A DNA stretch of 64,000 nucleotides from IMG/VR virus record IMGVR_UViG_3300018080_000116, positions 32,001-96,000 of that record. One strand, 5' to 3'. The DNA comes from a virus. Shown here one piece after another: positions 9,676-19,766 of the stretch. The position numbers and the translations under genes are program-made. The notes beneath the pieces are model-generated. The model made no database searches and was not told the origin of the DNA. It was given only the letters and a program-made list of their open reading frames with translations. Each line of letters starts with the position of its first letter. Within the stretch, counting starts at the first letter, position 1.

Positions 9676-10344
9676 ATGAGAACAGACGTGTACGGTCAGA
9701 TCAGTGGCGACCACAACACGCAAAGTGTTGGTGGTCGAAGAAACAACACCAGCGTTGACGCTTGGATCAACACCGACAATGCCACCAAGAGTGATTGCGG
9801 CATCCGGGTTAGTGGCCGAGTGTATGGTGAGCGCAGCCTAAACGGTCGTATGCGGAAGACCTGTCACGGTTGTGGTTACAAGTGGGGCGAAGGTCATTGG
9901 GACGAAGGGAACCACGAGTGGGTGCCCCACGAAGACGATGATCGTCGAGAGTGCCCGCAGTGCGGTGCCACTCGTCAAGGCATCGACACTCGCAAGAGTC
10001 AGTTCATCGTGCGGTTGCCCGATCAGACCGATGACAACTGCCATATCGAAATCACAACGCCTCACCATGAGGCGACCAAGATACTACAGTTTGGTGCCGC
10101 CTTGGTTACGGTCCAAGGTGTTATGCAACAGGCCGAGGGTATCGAGAAGAAAGAGCCCGAACTTGTGCAGCGTGGCAAGGTGCGGATCAAGCAGGCCATG
10201 CAGTTGTTGGAAGAACATGAGGCCGAGGGTGACAAAGCGTTGCCCAACGTCACGCTGCCCGGAGGCGTCACACTGGCACACGCCCTGGCTTGTGTCGCCC
10301 TCGTTGAAAGAATCGTCAAGGGCGAAGCCCATTCGGACAGTTGA
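9676..10344 (+). CDS. hypothetical protein with Zn ribbon
   Basis: CHGC..CPQC. Confidence 0.85.
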   Translation: MRTDVYGQISGDHNTQSVGGRRNNTSVDAWINTDNATKSDCGIRVSGRVYGERSLNGRMRKTCHGCGYKWGEGHWDEGNHEWVPHEDDDRRECPQCGATRQGIDTRKSQFIVRLPDQTDDNCHIEITTPHHEATKILQFGAALVTVQGVMQQAEGIEKKEPELVQRGKVRIKQAMQLLEEHEAEGDKALPNVTLPGGVTLAHALACVALVERIVKGEAHSDS

Positions 10345-10538
10345 TGAAAGAGATCGTAGTCAAACTCGATGACGACGTATGGGAAGACCTTCGCCGAGCG
10401 GCAGGTGTTCGCATGAGAATGGGCGTTGCGTCTCCCACGGTTGTCGATGAATTCTCGCTCAAGTTGATCCGGGCGATTGACGAGGGCGAAACGGAAAAAC
10501 ATTTTCAGTATCGAAATCCTAACGAACCGAGGGACTAA
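10341..10538 (+). CDS. small hypothetical protein
   Basis: overlap coupling with previous stop. Confidence 0.75.
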   Translation: MMKEIVVKLDDDVWEDLRRAAGVRMRMGVASPTVVDEFSLKLIRAIDEGETEKHFQYRNPNEPRD

Positions 10539-10544
10539 AGCACC

Positions 10545-10940
10545 ATGACCACTGCAATTGGCACCCAAGGTATTGTTGTGTGTGACGGCGAGAGTGGGAT
10601 GCGCCGCCTTTCCATCACCAACAACAACGGCGGCACGACGTTCTTGCCCGAGGGACGATACCTTGTTGAACTGGTTTACGGTTTCGAGGATGAAGAGACC
10701 GGCACCGTTCGTCACGGTCGCCTCCTGCGAGAGGAAGACATCCAGGTCGCTCGCAAGGTTGGCACCTGTGAGTACGATAGCGAGTATTGGCGCAAGCGTG
10801 TCGAAGGGCCGGATGCGAAACCACACGACCGTGACCACCTTCGACGTGTGCTCGAAGCCGAAAAGAACTTTGACCCGAGCTACGTTTACTTCCATGTTTG
10901 GTCCAGCAATCCAAATTGGTTCCCCGGCGAAACGGAGTGA
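10545..10940 (+). CDS. hypothetical protein
   Basis: 131-aa ORF in operon. Confidence 0.8.
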   Translation: MTTAIGTQGIVVCDGESGMRRLSITNNNGGTTFLPEGRYLVELVYGFEDEETGTVRHGRLLREEDIQVARKVGTCEYDSEYWRKRVEGPDAKPHDRDHLRRVLEAEKNFDPSYVYFHVWSSNPNWFPGETE

Positions 10941-10942
10941 CC

Positions 10943-11140
10943 ATGAGCGGCTACGTTATTAAGAGAACCGATCAAGGCGGTGGATACCTGGGCCACGATC
11001 CAGGCAACACCGGTGAGACCTGGGTGCGTGATCTTTCCAAGGCCCGACGTTTCCCCACTGAGGAAGCTGCCGACGAAGAACGCTGCCCGCAAAACGAAGT
11101 GGTTGTACCTGTTGAGAGTTTGTTGAAACCCATGCACTAA
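10943..11140 (+). CDS. small hypothetical protein
   Basis: ATG after GGAG. Confidence 0.75.
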   Translation: MSGYVIKRTDQGGGYLGHDPGNTGETWVRDLSKARRFPTEEAADEERCPQNEVVVPVESLLKPMH

Positions 11141-11160
11141 CCCTACGGAGCACCAGTACC

Positions 11161-11379
11161 ATGCAAAAGTATTTTGTTTGTCAGATTAACGGCGAGAAGT
11201 TGACCTTGGGTGCAATGGACGAGAAGCCTTCGCTCGAAGAGGCACTCGCACTTGTGCGAAAGATCGTCCAAGAGAACGGCGTCAAACTGACGCCCGAAGT
11301 CGAAGACGAAATCAACGGCACCTATGGATACGTCGATGAAAACCTGGAATGGTCCGTGCAGGTTGGCATCGTTGGGTGA
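11161..11379 (+). CDS. small hypothetical protein
   Basis: SD ACGGAG. Confidence 0.8.
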   Translation: MQKYFVCQINGEKLTLGAMDEKPSLEEALALVRKIVQENGVKLTPEVEDEINGTYGYVDENLEWSVQVGIVG

Positions 11380-11412
11380 AGGATCAAAACTAACGGACTC
11401 GGAGAGCAACCC

Positions 11413-11616
11413 ATGAAGGTTGTTGTAATCAACTGTCTCGTCTTGCAGCGTGCAGACGTACAGGCCGTCGTCAAAAAGGTAGAGGGCAAGTCACTGCAAT
11501 GGCATATCGACGAATACGCCATCTGCGAGGGATTGGCCAAAACCCGTGAACGACTGACCGCTCAAGAGTTTGAGTTGAGAGACCTTCAACAGGAAGGAAA
11601 CGCCGATGGGAAGTAA
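11413..11616 (+). CDS. small hypothetical protein
   Basis: SD GGAG. Confidence 0.75.
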   Translation: MKVVVINCLVLQRADVQAVVKKVEGKSLQWHIDEYAICEGLAKTRERLTAQEFELRDLQQEGNADGK

Positions 11617-12127
11617 CTATAACATGCAGGAAATTGCCGCATTGCAAAAGATCGGTGGGTACGATGTTCCGCTGGACCAGTGGGACCACTACTTGGACCA
11701 CGAAGACCTGACCACCGACCGAACCAAGGCTCGTGACCTGACGAGCCCATACGGCAGCCTCCACTTCGCTGTTGGGTTTGGTGAGGAAGGCGACGAGAAC
11801 GGCGACTGGATGACCTGCTTTGACTATGCCGAATTGCCGGATGGTCGGATCGTGCTCCATGCCGTTGTCAACACCGACTCTGGCGGCTACATCGGCGATG
11901 CCGCTTATTTGGTCGTAGAACGCTCTGAGGCCGTTTCTGTGGCCATCCGGCTGGTTGAAGAGGCCCTAGAGGGTGTCAGCGTGAACGACGGCGAGCACGA
12001 CGCTGAGGGCTGGAATCAGACGCCTTGGTATTTCCCTTGTGCCGTCGCCTCGTTCCTGGGGGTGAGACCCTGGGCCGACCTGCCCGAGGATGAATTGAGG
12101 AAATCCCCCGGACCCCCGGAAATCTGA
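11606..12127 (+). CDS. acidic hypothetical protein
   Basis: 173 aa; stop runs into the AT-rich tract of the next promoter. Confidence 0.85.
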   Translation: MGSNYNMQEIAALQKIGGYDVPLDQWDHYLDHEDLTTDRTKARDLTSPYGSLHFAVGFGEEGDENGDWMTCFDYAELPDGRIVLHAVVNTDSGGYIGDAAYLVVERSEAVSVAIRLVEEALEGVSVNDGEHDAEGWNQTPWYFPCAVASFLGVRPWADLPEDELRKSPGPPEI

Positions 12128-12135
12128 AAATAAAT

Positions 12136-12165
12136 CCGAACCTTTTCCCCTTTCCCGTGTATAAG
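12136..12165 (+). promoter_or_regulatory. class I promoter element followed by a 13-bp 5' hairpin
   Basis: CCGAACC-N14-GTGTATAAG, then GGAGTGGCAGGGC-aa-GCCCTGCCACTCC. Confidence 0.8.
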
Positions 12166-12216
12166 GGAGTGGCAGGGCAAGCCCTGCCACTCCTGCACGC
12201 TTACAGGAGACCCGAA

Positions 12217-12459
12217 ATGACGATTACCCACGTAACCCCGACAGGAACCACCGTCAAGGCCCTGCAACTGGCGAAAGACTCGACCTGGAAGCGACACAAC
12301 CGTGGCTTCAAGATGCCCAAGGGCGACATCGTTTGGACTGACGCCCACCTGGACTTCGACAAAGACCGCAAGCGTGTCCGCATCAGCCGAGTCGAATTCG
12401 GTTACGAATATCGCCGGTACATCGACCCTCACAAAATGGTGGAATTGGTGAAGAAATGA
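12217..12459 (+). CDS. hypothetical protein
   Basis: SD AGGAG. Confidence 0.8.
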   Translation: MTITHVTPTGTTVKALQLAKDSTWKRHNRGFKMPKGDIVWTDAHLDFDKDRKRVRISRVEFGYEYRRYIDPHKMVELVKK

Positions 12460-12806
12460 GTTTTCCCCGGCAGCGGCAGGAACTTCTCGATCCCGTGCTC
12501 AACGACCTGAGCGGCATCCCTGGGGTCGTCTGTGTTGAGCCAGACGACTTCGACTCTACCTCCATCAACGTCTTTCTGACGTTGGACGTGGAACGCCACA
12601 CCGGTTTCCGTCTTCGACGCCCCGACGTGTTCGTGGCCCCTCTTCGATCCACGAAGGCAGGCGTCAAGCATGTCTGCAAGGAACACGGCGTCTCGTTCAA
12701 CTTCCTGGACTGGCCGGTCAAGCAGTACCAGTATTGGGACAAACGCAATCCCAAGGTGCCCGATGGTTACCAGCACGGTTACATCAAGATCGAGGTCTTT
12801 GTCTGA
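12456..12806 (+). CDS. hypothetical protein
   Basis: ATGA overlap. Confidence 0.8.
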   Translation: MSFPRQRQELLDPVLNDLSGIPGVVCVEPDDFDSTSINVFLTLDVERHTGFRLRRPDVFVAPLRSTKAGVKHVCKEHGVSFNFLDWPVKQYQYWDKRNPKVPDGYQHGYIKIEVFV

Positions 12807-13214
12807 AAATTATTTTCATCCGCAGGAGAATCAACATGCTGGCGTTCATCATCGCATTGGTGATCCGCCTGCTACTCCGAGCGACCTGTGTCCCGTTTGG
12901 GTTTGTCCAACATCAGAATGAAGATGGACTGCAAACCGGCAGGGCGATACGGCCCTGGAAAACGGAATACGGCTAAGTGTTCTGCAACTCGGACGCAGGT
13001 GAGTTTTTATCATTGCAAGAGGATGGGAGTGGACGACGGTTCTCGGACCAACAGGCATCACAATCACACGCCGCACACGCCGGGCCATTTGGCAACACCG
13101 CCCGCCGACAGCGGCTAACCAGCCTGCGAGACACCTAGAAAAACACGATGGTGCCGGGCGTTGAGCGCTCAACTACCTGGGCCGTCGTCCACCACTTTTT
13201 CTGGAACAAGGGAC

Positions 13215-13745
13215 ATGACAACCGTACCGCTGAAAGATCGCAAGCAACCCTCCAAGTCATACGCCGATTGTGTGACCATCGAAGCAACTCGCACGTTTTG
13301 GTGTGGGGCCGACAACAACTTCTCCGGTGAATGGCGGCACGCCGGTGGCACCGAATGGAAGCCCGAAGATCAGCTTGACCCCGACGACGACGAAGCCGGT
13401 GGCCACTTGAAGTTCGGCAGTGATATTTGGGCCGATTTAATCTGTGCCATCTTCGACGACAATAGTCTTGGGGATGTATGTTACGACGTGATCGGTGGCT
13501 CCGTTACCATCGACATGAGCGAGTGTAAGTGGACCGAGGAACAGGTCATCGCCCTAATCGCCGAGGCGCTGGCACACCTGGAAGAGGGCTGGCCGATCCA
13601 CTACGACTGCGAACCCTACCTGCACAACAAGACCGGCAATCCCAACTATGTCGATCCCGAGTGGCGATTCGGCAACATTGTGCTGCCCGAACGCATCCAG
13701 GACTTGATCGGCTATAAAGTTCAAGAAAATACCGAACCCTCTTGA
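13215..13745 (+). CDS. acidic hypothetical protein
   Basis: last codons (TEPS*) are encoded by the next promoter element. Confidence 0.8.
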   Translation: MTTVPLKDRKQPSKSYADCVTIEATRTFWCGADNNFSGEWRHAGGTEWKPEDQLDPDDDEAGGHLKFGSDIWADLICAIFDDNSLGDVCYDVIGGSVTIDMSECKWTEEQVIALIAEALAHLEEGWPIHYDCEPYLHNKTGNPNYVDPEWRFGNIVLPERIQDLIGYKVQENTEPS

Positions 13746-13762
13746 GCCCTCGTGTGTATAAG
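13732..13762 (+). promoter_or_regulatory. class I promoter element
   Basis: CCGAACC-N15-GTGTATAAG-GGGGCGAAC. Confidence 0.8.
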
Positions 13763-13786
13763 GGGGCGAACACGAGGAACCGTGAA

Positions 13787-14056
13787 ATGCAATTCATCAC
13801 CTGCAACGACTTTTTCAGCGGCAAAGCCTGGGAGAACGATGTTGCTCTCAACAATCGCAATCCTTGTGTTGTGTGCGGCAAGAACTGCCGCCCCACCGCA
13901 CCGAGCATCGTTGTGGTGGATGGTGGAACCGGCGCTCTGCTTGCCACCGAAGATGAAATGGAAGCGGCAGACGATCCCGGCTTCATGGGTGCTTACGCCA
14001 TCGGCCCGGATTGTCTAAGGCAGCGACCCGAACTGAAACCGGCCATAAGGAAGTGA
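13787..14056 (+). CDS. hypothetical protein with Cys motif
   Basis: SD GAGG; CVVC..GPDC. Confidence 0.8.
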   Translation: MQFITCNDFFSGKAWENDVALNNRNPCVVCGKNCRPTAPSIVVVDGGTGALLATEDEMEAADDPGFMGAYAIGPDCLRQRPELKPAIRK

Positions 14057-14190
14057 CCATGCACCTTCGATTCTTTTTAATGCAGCAAGGCATCCGCTTG
14101 CCTCAACAGCAGGCCGATGATGAACGAGAGGAAAGTAAGCCCAAGGATGGGAGTGACAACCAAGAGCCCGAGAAAGAAAGGTAGAGATCA

Positions 14191-14316
14191 ATGGGCAAGA
14201 GTGGCAAAGAGTGGAAGAAACGACAGCAGCAGCGCAACCGGAACCGTGGTCGCAAGCGTGACGACAACGACCGACGCCAGCACGACAGCCGACGCCAGCG
14301 CCGTAGGGCTGCGTAA
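14191..14316 (+). CDS. 41-aa Arg/Lys-rich peptide ending in RRRAA (not in ORF track)
   Basis: hand translation MGKSGKEWKKRQQQRNRNRGRKRDDNDRRQHDSRRQRRRAA*. Confidence 0.55.
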   Translation: MGKSGKEWKKRQQQRNRNRGRKRDDNDRRQHDSRRQRRRAA

Positions 14317-14353
14317 CCAGATTGTGTAACCCCAAACTGTTAAGGAAACGAAA

Positions 14354-14947
14354 ATGGCCAAAGCAACCATCAATGGTGACCGGCAATTGCTGGTCTACCT
14401 CACCAAGGTGCTGACTGCGAAGACCGCAGGAAAGACCCTCGGTGATCGCATCCGAGAGGAAGAGCCTCTGCCAGTCGGCAAGCATGACGTGTCTGGCACC
14501 ATCCAGTTTAGCCTGACTGCCAACGTCAGCGAAGATTGCGAAACCGACCGCTTCAAGGGTGTCGGCCTGGATGAAGTGCTCACCTGGATCATGGCAACCG
14601 TGCCCGGCTTCATGGAAGACAAGCTGCGCAAAGCGGCTGCCATCGTCATCGAGATCAAGCGTGCTGAAATGGAAGGCCGCAAGATCAAGGCGACGACCTG
14701 GACCGACGAGAACGGCAAGGTCCACAAGATTCTTGTGCGTGAGATCAAGGCTGAGCAGGCCAGGGTTCAAGCCTGGAAAGAGCGTGCCCAAGAGACGATG
14801 GCTCCGTTCGCCAAGGTCATCAAAGAGACCGTGACGGCCAAAGGCCGAGTGTCGGTCTCCAACGTGGACGTGAAAGTCACTACGGACGAGGGGCAGCAGA
14901 AGCCCACGGTGCCCGTGGTGCGTGTCAGTAGTGTCACCGCAAAGTAG
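14354..14947 (+). CDS. basic hypothetical protein
   Basis: 197 aa; SD AAGG. Confidence 0.85.
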   Translation: MAKATINGDRQLLVYLTKVLTAKTAGKTLGDRIREEEPLPVGKHDVSGTIQFSLTANVSEDCETDRFKGVGLDEVLTWIMATVPGFMEDKLRKAAAIVIEIKRAEMEGRKIKATTWTDENGKVHKILVREIKAEQARVQAWKERAQETMAPFAKVIKETVTAKGRVSVSNVDVKVTTDEGQQKPTVPVVRVSSVTAK

Positions 14948-14986
14948 CGGTGTGTTCAGCAGCAGGAACCGAATAGGAGTTTCAAC

Positions 14987-15274
14987 ATGGCCCGAAAGAA
15001 ACGAGGTCGCCCCCCGGTCTACAGCAGCAAGCTGTTGCGTAGGCGAATCGCCAAAGTGGCGGAAGACGTTGGCTTGGAAGAGTCAATGTATGTCTTGCAG
15101 GCCCGCAACGGCGTCGTAGGCATCACCAAGGTTGAGCGTGAGAGAGCCGCCATCCGCCGCAAGCATGGCCTGCCGAAGCCCTTCGCCAAAATCTCGATGC
15201 CGACCATCAGCAAGTTCTGCAAAGAGAATGGCGTGACCTTCGAGCGTGGCCGACGACCGGCAAAGGCTGCGTGA
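14987..15274 (+). CDS. small basic, probably DNA-binding protein ending in -KAA
   Basis: AT-hook-like KRGRPP N-terminus; SD AGGAG. Confidence 0.8.
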   Translation: MARKKRGRPPVYSSKLLRRRIAKVAEDVGLEESMYVLQARNGVVGITKVERERAAIRRKHGLPKPFAKISMPTISKFCKENGVTFERGRRPAKAA

Positions 15275-15284
15275 TCCCGTGCAA

Positions 15285-15308
15285 GCCCCCGGCACTTGTG
15301 CCGGGGGC
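15285..15308. terminator. GC-rich hairpin
   Basis: GCCCCCGGCAC-tt-GTGCCGGGGGC. Confidence 0.55.
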
Positions 15309-15477
15309 AGTCAGAGTTGTTCTAGCATCAGAGAATGAGAATGGAACGTCTTTTGACAAAAATAAGAATTAGAGCGCCGCCTGTAGCGCTAATGAACCAA
15401 GCCCTCGCCCGTTCGGGACCGGGCGGGCGAGGGCCATAATTTCCACCACCATCAGCACCAGCAGGAAACAAGAAACC

Positions 15478-16209
15478 ATGTTCCATTTCAACGAAAGCCC
15501 CGGTTATGTCTTCGGCGTCAACCCCGAAGGCGAAGTGATGCGAAACGGCGATCTGCTCGTTAGCTGCGTCAACGTTTGTGACTGTGCTCGTGAAGCCTTG
15601 TCGGAAGACGATTACGAGGCATGGGTCGAGCACGGCGAAGATCGTGATGCCCTGGAAGACAGGGTGCAAGACGCCGTGGACCATGAATTCGCCCGTCAGC
15701 TTCGCACCGAGTTGACGATCAACGAATTCAAGTTGCAGGACGAGATCGGCAAGCTGCAAGCGGTCAATGATGGCCGTTGGCGTGTGTACGGTGGCATGAA
15801 GGGCAAGGATGAACACGATGCCTTGAAACACGCCTCGATCAATCTCGTCACCGAAGTCTACCAGTACACCGACGACAAGAACGCCTCGTGTCGTGAGGAA
15901 GACTTGGGTGTCTCTTGTGCCGAATTCTGGCAGCGTCTCGAAGCCCTTGCGAAAGAGTTGGGGGCCGAGGTCTATCCGTTCGATGATGGCGTCGAAAGCG
16001 AGCATAGCTGGCGAACCACCGGCGCACCGGACTACGAGAAAATCCCCGGCAGCGACAATTACGGCCCGAACCACGGTCGGCCTTACAAGCAGGTCGAGAT
16101 CGTTTGGGAGATCAAGGGTAAGAGCCTAGAAGAGGTCCAGGCCATGATCGCCGAGTTGAATCCGAAGCTGGAAGAAATCTGGCAAACATCAGGAGTCAAC
16201 GTATGCTAG
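15478..16209 (+). CDS. acidic hypothetical protein
   Basis: 243-aa ORF. Confidence 0.85.
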   Translation: MFHFNESPGYVFGVNPEGEVMRNGDLLVSCVNVCDCAREALSEDDYEAWVEHGEDRDALEDRVQDAVDHEFARQLRTELTINEFKLQDEIGKLQAVNDGRWRVYGGMKGKDEHDALKHASINLVTEVYQYTDDKNASCREEDLGVSCAEFWQRLEALAKELGAEVYPFDDGVESEHSWRTTGAPDYEKIPGSDNYGPNHGRPYKQVEIVWEIKGKSLEEVQAMIAELNPKLEEIWQTSGVNVC

Positions 16210-16571
16210 GCACACCCGAAAGACTCGAAGCCATCAAGATCAACGTGCCCGATTGGTTTGCACGTGACGACTTCCAGGCGTGGCTCAACGACAAGAGCAA
16301 GGGCATCGCCACTTGGCACTACAAGGGCAGGCCCACCGAGTCGTCCGACGTGTTTATGACGTTCGATCATGGGGAAGGATCGGACATCAACGATCCCGAC
16401 CTTCCCGCAGACATTCGTGATGCCATCGTACAGTTCTGTGTGGATGCCAACATGGGCTACGGTGTCATCTGGCTAACCAACCTGTCCGACTCCGAGGAAC
16501 CATGCTACGACTTTGCCAGCAGGCGAGTCCCTTGGATCGCACCGGACAACCCTCACGATCCAGGAGAGTGA
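16203..16571 (+). CDS. hypothetical protein
   Basis: SD AGGAG; overlap coupling. Confidence 0.8.
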   Translation: MLGTPERLEAIKINVPDWFARDDFQAWLNDKSKGIATWHYKGRPTESSDVFMTFDHGEGSDINDPDLPADIRDAIVQFCVDANMGYGVIWLTNLSDSEEPCYDFASRRVPWIAPDNPHDPGE

Positions 16572-16578
16572 AAGCACC

Positions 16579-17055
16579 ATGCCCGTAACGAGAACCTATC
16601 ACCCGATCCGACCGCCTTCTCGTGCGTTCATGCGAATGAATGACGAGTGGCAGGAATTGAAAGTCACCGCTTGCATCCAAGAGGGTGGCTGCACCAAGAA
16701 TGAAGTTGTTCTCCCGCAAGGCGTCAGTTTCATCGTCACCAACGCAGGACTCGAATTCGACGAGCCCGAAGAGTACAACGCCTACCCACACGTGGGCGAC
16801 AGCGAGAATCTGTTCCAGGTGTACCGTGACGGCAACGGCCAACTGTACTTCAAGGATGACGATGGCGATTGGCTCTACTTCGAGCCCGAGAATCCGCCTC
16901 GTCCCGACCAAGTGGTTCAGTTGCCCGGCGACTGCTACTGTTCCGGTGGGCGTGGTCCCATCGAAGTGGATCGCCTGGAACATGACATTCCCCTGGGTGA
17001 CGTGATCCTTGGAGAGACCTGGGAACAAGTGGCAGCCAAGAGTCACGGCGTCTGA
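16579..17055 (+). CDS. hypothetical protein
   Basis: SD AGGAG. Confidence 0.8.
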   Translation: MPVTRTYHPIRPPSRAFMRMNDEWQELKVTACIQEGGCTKNEVVLPQGVSFIVTNAGLEFDEPEEYNAYPHVGDSENLFQVYRDGNGQLYFKDDDGDWLYFEPENPPRPDQVVQLPGDCYCSGGRGPIEVDRLEHDIPLGDVILGETWEQVAAKSHGV

Positions 17056-17089
17056 TCGAGAGCACCTTTAACCTACGGAGTTGCGTACC

Positions 17090-17308
17090 ATGCCAAGCAT
17101 CAACCTTTGTTTCCAGGGCTACATCAACGGTGTTGAAGTCACTAAGGCAACCAACGCCGATGGAGAGTCCGTTGACGTGTCCGAAATGAGCGAGGGAGAA
17201 TTGTGCAGGAAGCTGAACGCTGGCGAGTTGTTTGTCAGCCTGGGCGACTTGCTGTACGAGGGCGATGACGAAGAGATCGAACTGCACGACTTCGCCCCTG
17301 GAATATAA
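17090..17308 (+). CDS. small acidic protein
   Basis: SD ACGGAG. Confidence 0.75.
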   Translation: MPSINLCFQGYINGVEVTKATNADGESVDVSEMSEGELCRKLNAGELFVSLGDLLYEGDDEEIELHDFAPGI

Positions 17309-17318
17309 CTTTCAACAT

Positions 17319-17346
17319 GACTCCCGGCCCGCATGGGCCGGGAGTC
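17319..17346. terminator. GC-rich hairpin (CCCGGCC family)
   Basis: GACTCCCGGCCC-gcat-GGGCCGGGAGTC. Confidence 0.6.
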
Positions 17347-17370
17347 TTAATCAAGCAGGAGACCGAGACT

Positions 17371-17790
17371 ATGTTGAAGCAGCATTGCAGCGTGGGGATG
17401 CAGGTGTACTTTGGCCGTCAGAAGGGCGAGAAGACCCTGGGCGAAATCGTCAAGCTGAACCCCCGGAAAGCCAAGGTCAAGCAACTGGAATCCAGGGGCA
17501 CCTTGAAAAGCCATCCGGTTGGAACCATCTGGACGGTGCCCTACGAGTTGATCGAACCGGCCACCCACGAGGATCGTGGCGACTACTTCCAGGTGCAGTT
17601 GCGAGACATGATCGCCGAAGTGGCGGCACGTGAGGGAACAGGCCGTCAGCAGGCCCTCAGAGACGTTCTGACGGACTTGCGGCACGTGGCCGACTCCGAG
17701 GGCCTGGACTTCGATGGGGCCGTTGTAGGCTCCGCTGACGTGTATATGGAGGAACTGGCCGAGGGTGAACTGGCCAGGGGCATCGCCTAA
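17371..17790 (+). CDS. hypothetical protein, N-terminal SH3/KOW-like beta barrel
   Basis: VGMQVYF...GEIVKLNPRKAKVK pattern; SD AGGAG. Confidence 0.75.
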   Translation: MLKQHCSVGMQVYFGRQKGEKTLGEIVKLNPRKAKVKQLESRGTLKSHPVGTIWTVPYELIEPATHEDRGDYFQVQLRDMIAEVAAREGTGRQQALRDVLTDLRHVADSEGLDFDGAVVGSADVYMEELAEGELARGIA

Positions 17791-17805
17791 AAAGTGAAAT
17801 AAATA

Positions 17806-17833
17806 CCGAACCTTTCCCCTCCCTGTGTATAAG
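17806..17833 (+). promoter_or_regulatory. class I promoter element (short-spacer variant)
   Basis: CCGAACC-N12-GTGTATAAG. Confidence 0.7.
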
Positions 17834-17872
17834 AGGGTCTGAGTAAACCACTTCACCTACCACCAGACTTGT

Positions 17873-18595
17873 GTGAGAATTACAATGCAGGTATTCCAAC
17901 TGACGCTGTTAGGCTACGACCCCGAGAACCCGACGCCCGCCTCTGAGGCGTGCATCAAGTGGGTCAAGTGCTCCGACCGCAATCGCCTGAACCTTTGGAT
18001 TGTGGGGTGCGACTTGGATCAATTGGTCCGAGACATCGACGACAACCCGCCGCCCGAGTGGGGCTTCGATGATGGCGTGGACGTGATCCTGACCGAGAGC
18101 GGTGGGGAAGAGTGGTCGCCGTCCTACGGTGGCGTGGACGCTCCGCTCGACGTGTGGCGAGAGACCGTCCAGAAAGCGTGTGCCGAACGCATCGAGTGGT
18201 TGGGCACCGTCAAAGACCCCAACTTCGTGGATGCCGGTGCCATCGGCAATCTGTTTAGCTTTGGTCTGCCCGCCGATGAAAATGCAACCACTGCCAACTT
18301 CGATCCGAACGACCCGGACGCCATCGCCGAGCAACTTGGCCTCAACTGCGTGCAGGACAAGCACGGCAAGCCAGTCTACCCCGGCACGTGGCTTTCGAGC
18401 GACAGCGACCCATCTAAGCCGCCCGTCGCCTTGGCGATCCAGGTGTATGACAATGGCCAAGTGGTGATCGACACCAATCCCAAGATACCTCACCGCCTGC
18501 GACCAAAAAGCGACTACGTGACCGTAGGCAACCTTGCGGCCTGTGGTTGGGTCCGCAGCAACGAGCAACCCGAAGATAAATCGGAGCAATTATGA
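17873..18595 (+). CDS. acidic hypothetical protein
   Basis: 240-aa ORF after promoter. Confidence 0.85.
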   Translation: MRITMQVFQLTLLGYDPENPTPASEACIKWVKCSDRNRLNLWIVGCDLDQLVRDIDDNPPPEWGFDDGVDVILTESGGEEWSPSYGGVDAPLDVWRETVQKACAERIEWLGTVKDPNFVDAGAIGNLFSFGLPADENATTANFDPNDPDAIAEQLGLNCVQDKHGKPVYPGTWLSSDSDPSKPPVALAIQVYDNGQVVIDTNPKIPHRLRPKSDYVTVGNLAACGWVRSNEQPEDKSEQL

Positions 18596-18798
18596 TCGCA
18601 TTTTTGATTATCGCCATCGTGTTGGCCGTTGGCTCTTTGTTGGCGTGGTTGTTCACGTTCACACTCAACGGCAAGGGACCGTCCGCTGGTTTCCTGGGCA
18701 TGATGATCCTGGATAATATCAAGTGGGCACTTGTTGCCGCCGCCGTCAGCTTTGCCCTCTGGTTGGGGGCGGTCCTGGAACGACTCTACGGAGGGTGA
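18592..18798 (+). CDS. small two-TM membrane protein
   Basis: two hydrophobic helices; ATGA overlap. Confidence 0.8.
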   Translation: MIAFLIIAIVLAVGSLLAWLFTFTLNGKGPSAGFLGMMILDNIKWALVAAAVSFALWLGAVLERLYGG

Positions 18799-18845
18799 AG
18801 TGTGGTTTCCCGCTGACCTTGAACAAGTGATCGAAGAGGTACGAA

Positions 18846-19475
18846 ATGGGTAGCATGATCGAAGTCACCGAAGGCATGGAAGTCGAGTTGCTCATTAACA
18901 CGTGGGCGGACGACAGCCTCTTCAACCACACCAAACAGCACGAGTTGAAGGCCGGTACGACCTTGAAGCACGTGGCCGCAACGGATCGAGGCGACTCGTT
19001 CTGGAAGATCATGGGCAGCGACGATGGTGCGACCTATCAATTCAGTCGGCGGTTGGTTCGCACACGTTACCCGAATGACCGTGGCGTGATCGTCGATCCC
19101 TCGGCCTTCGAGATCAAGAAAGGGTTTCCCCGCACGAGCAACAAGGCCCGTAGGCTCTTCCAGGAACGCCCGGATAACGTCTTCGAGCATCCGACCGACC
19201 TGCCTGTGCCCAAAAGCGAAATCCCCCTGGGGCCGATTGAAGGGTGGGTCTGCTTTGCGCCTCGCATGAATGGAGACCCAAGCCAGATCATCGGCCCGTT
19301 TGTGCCAGTAGTCCAAGATGAATTCGACGATGGTGGTCGGTGTATCATCACCGAGGATGGGACTAACTTTTGGTACGATCCCGAGAGCACCGAACATGGC
19401 CGACGTGGGTATCCCTGTTGGTTCCAGTCCGGTTCGACTCTCCGCTTCGTGAAAGCAAGGAAAAAAGACGGTTGA
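18846..19475 (+). CDS. hypothetical protein
   Basis: 209 aa; SD GAGG. Confidence 0.85.
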   Translation: MGSMIEVTEGMEVELLINTWADDSLFNHTKQHELKAGTTLKHVAATDRGDSFWKIMGSDDGATYQFSRRLVRTRYPNDRGVIVDPSAFEIKKGFPRTSNKARRLFQERPDNVFEHPTDLPVPKSEIPLGPIEGWVCFAPRMNGDPSQIIGPFVPVVQDEFDDGGRCIITEDGTNFWYDPESTEHGRRGYPCWFQSGSTLRFVKARKKDG

Positions 19476-19525
19476 GAATCCGGACAAACCACGAGATTCA
19501 CCGTTAGTGAGCTAGTAGGAAAACG

Positions 19526-19762
19526 GTGGAACTTCAACATTCAAGTATCGGAGACAGTGTGATGCCAAAAGAACTCGGCTTTTACGTTCGTCGTTGCATC
19601 GAATCCGGCAGGCGTGTTCTGATTGAGGTTTTTATGTCCGAACCGGAACACGTTTTGTATTGGCGATTCGAGGGCGGTTCCGAGGTTTTTCTGGTCGAAG
19701 ATTCCCCTGCCGAAAACGACACGGCGAGATTCAAGTACATCAAAGCCATCAGGAGCAAGTGA
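19526..19762 (+). CDS. small hypothetical protein
   Basis: 78 aa in operon; start uncertain. Confidence 0.65.
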   Translation: MELQHSSIGDSVMPKELGFYVRRCIESGRRVLIEVFMSEPEHVLYWRFEGGSEVFLVEDSPAENDTARFKYIKAIRSK

Positions 19763-19766
19763 GACC

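Noticed and set aside
15354-15385. TTGACA as a sigma70 promoter
   Set aside because: No plausible -10 at 16-18 bp spacing
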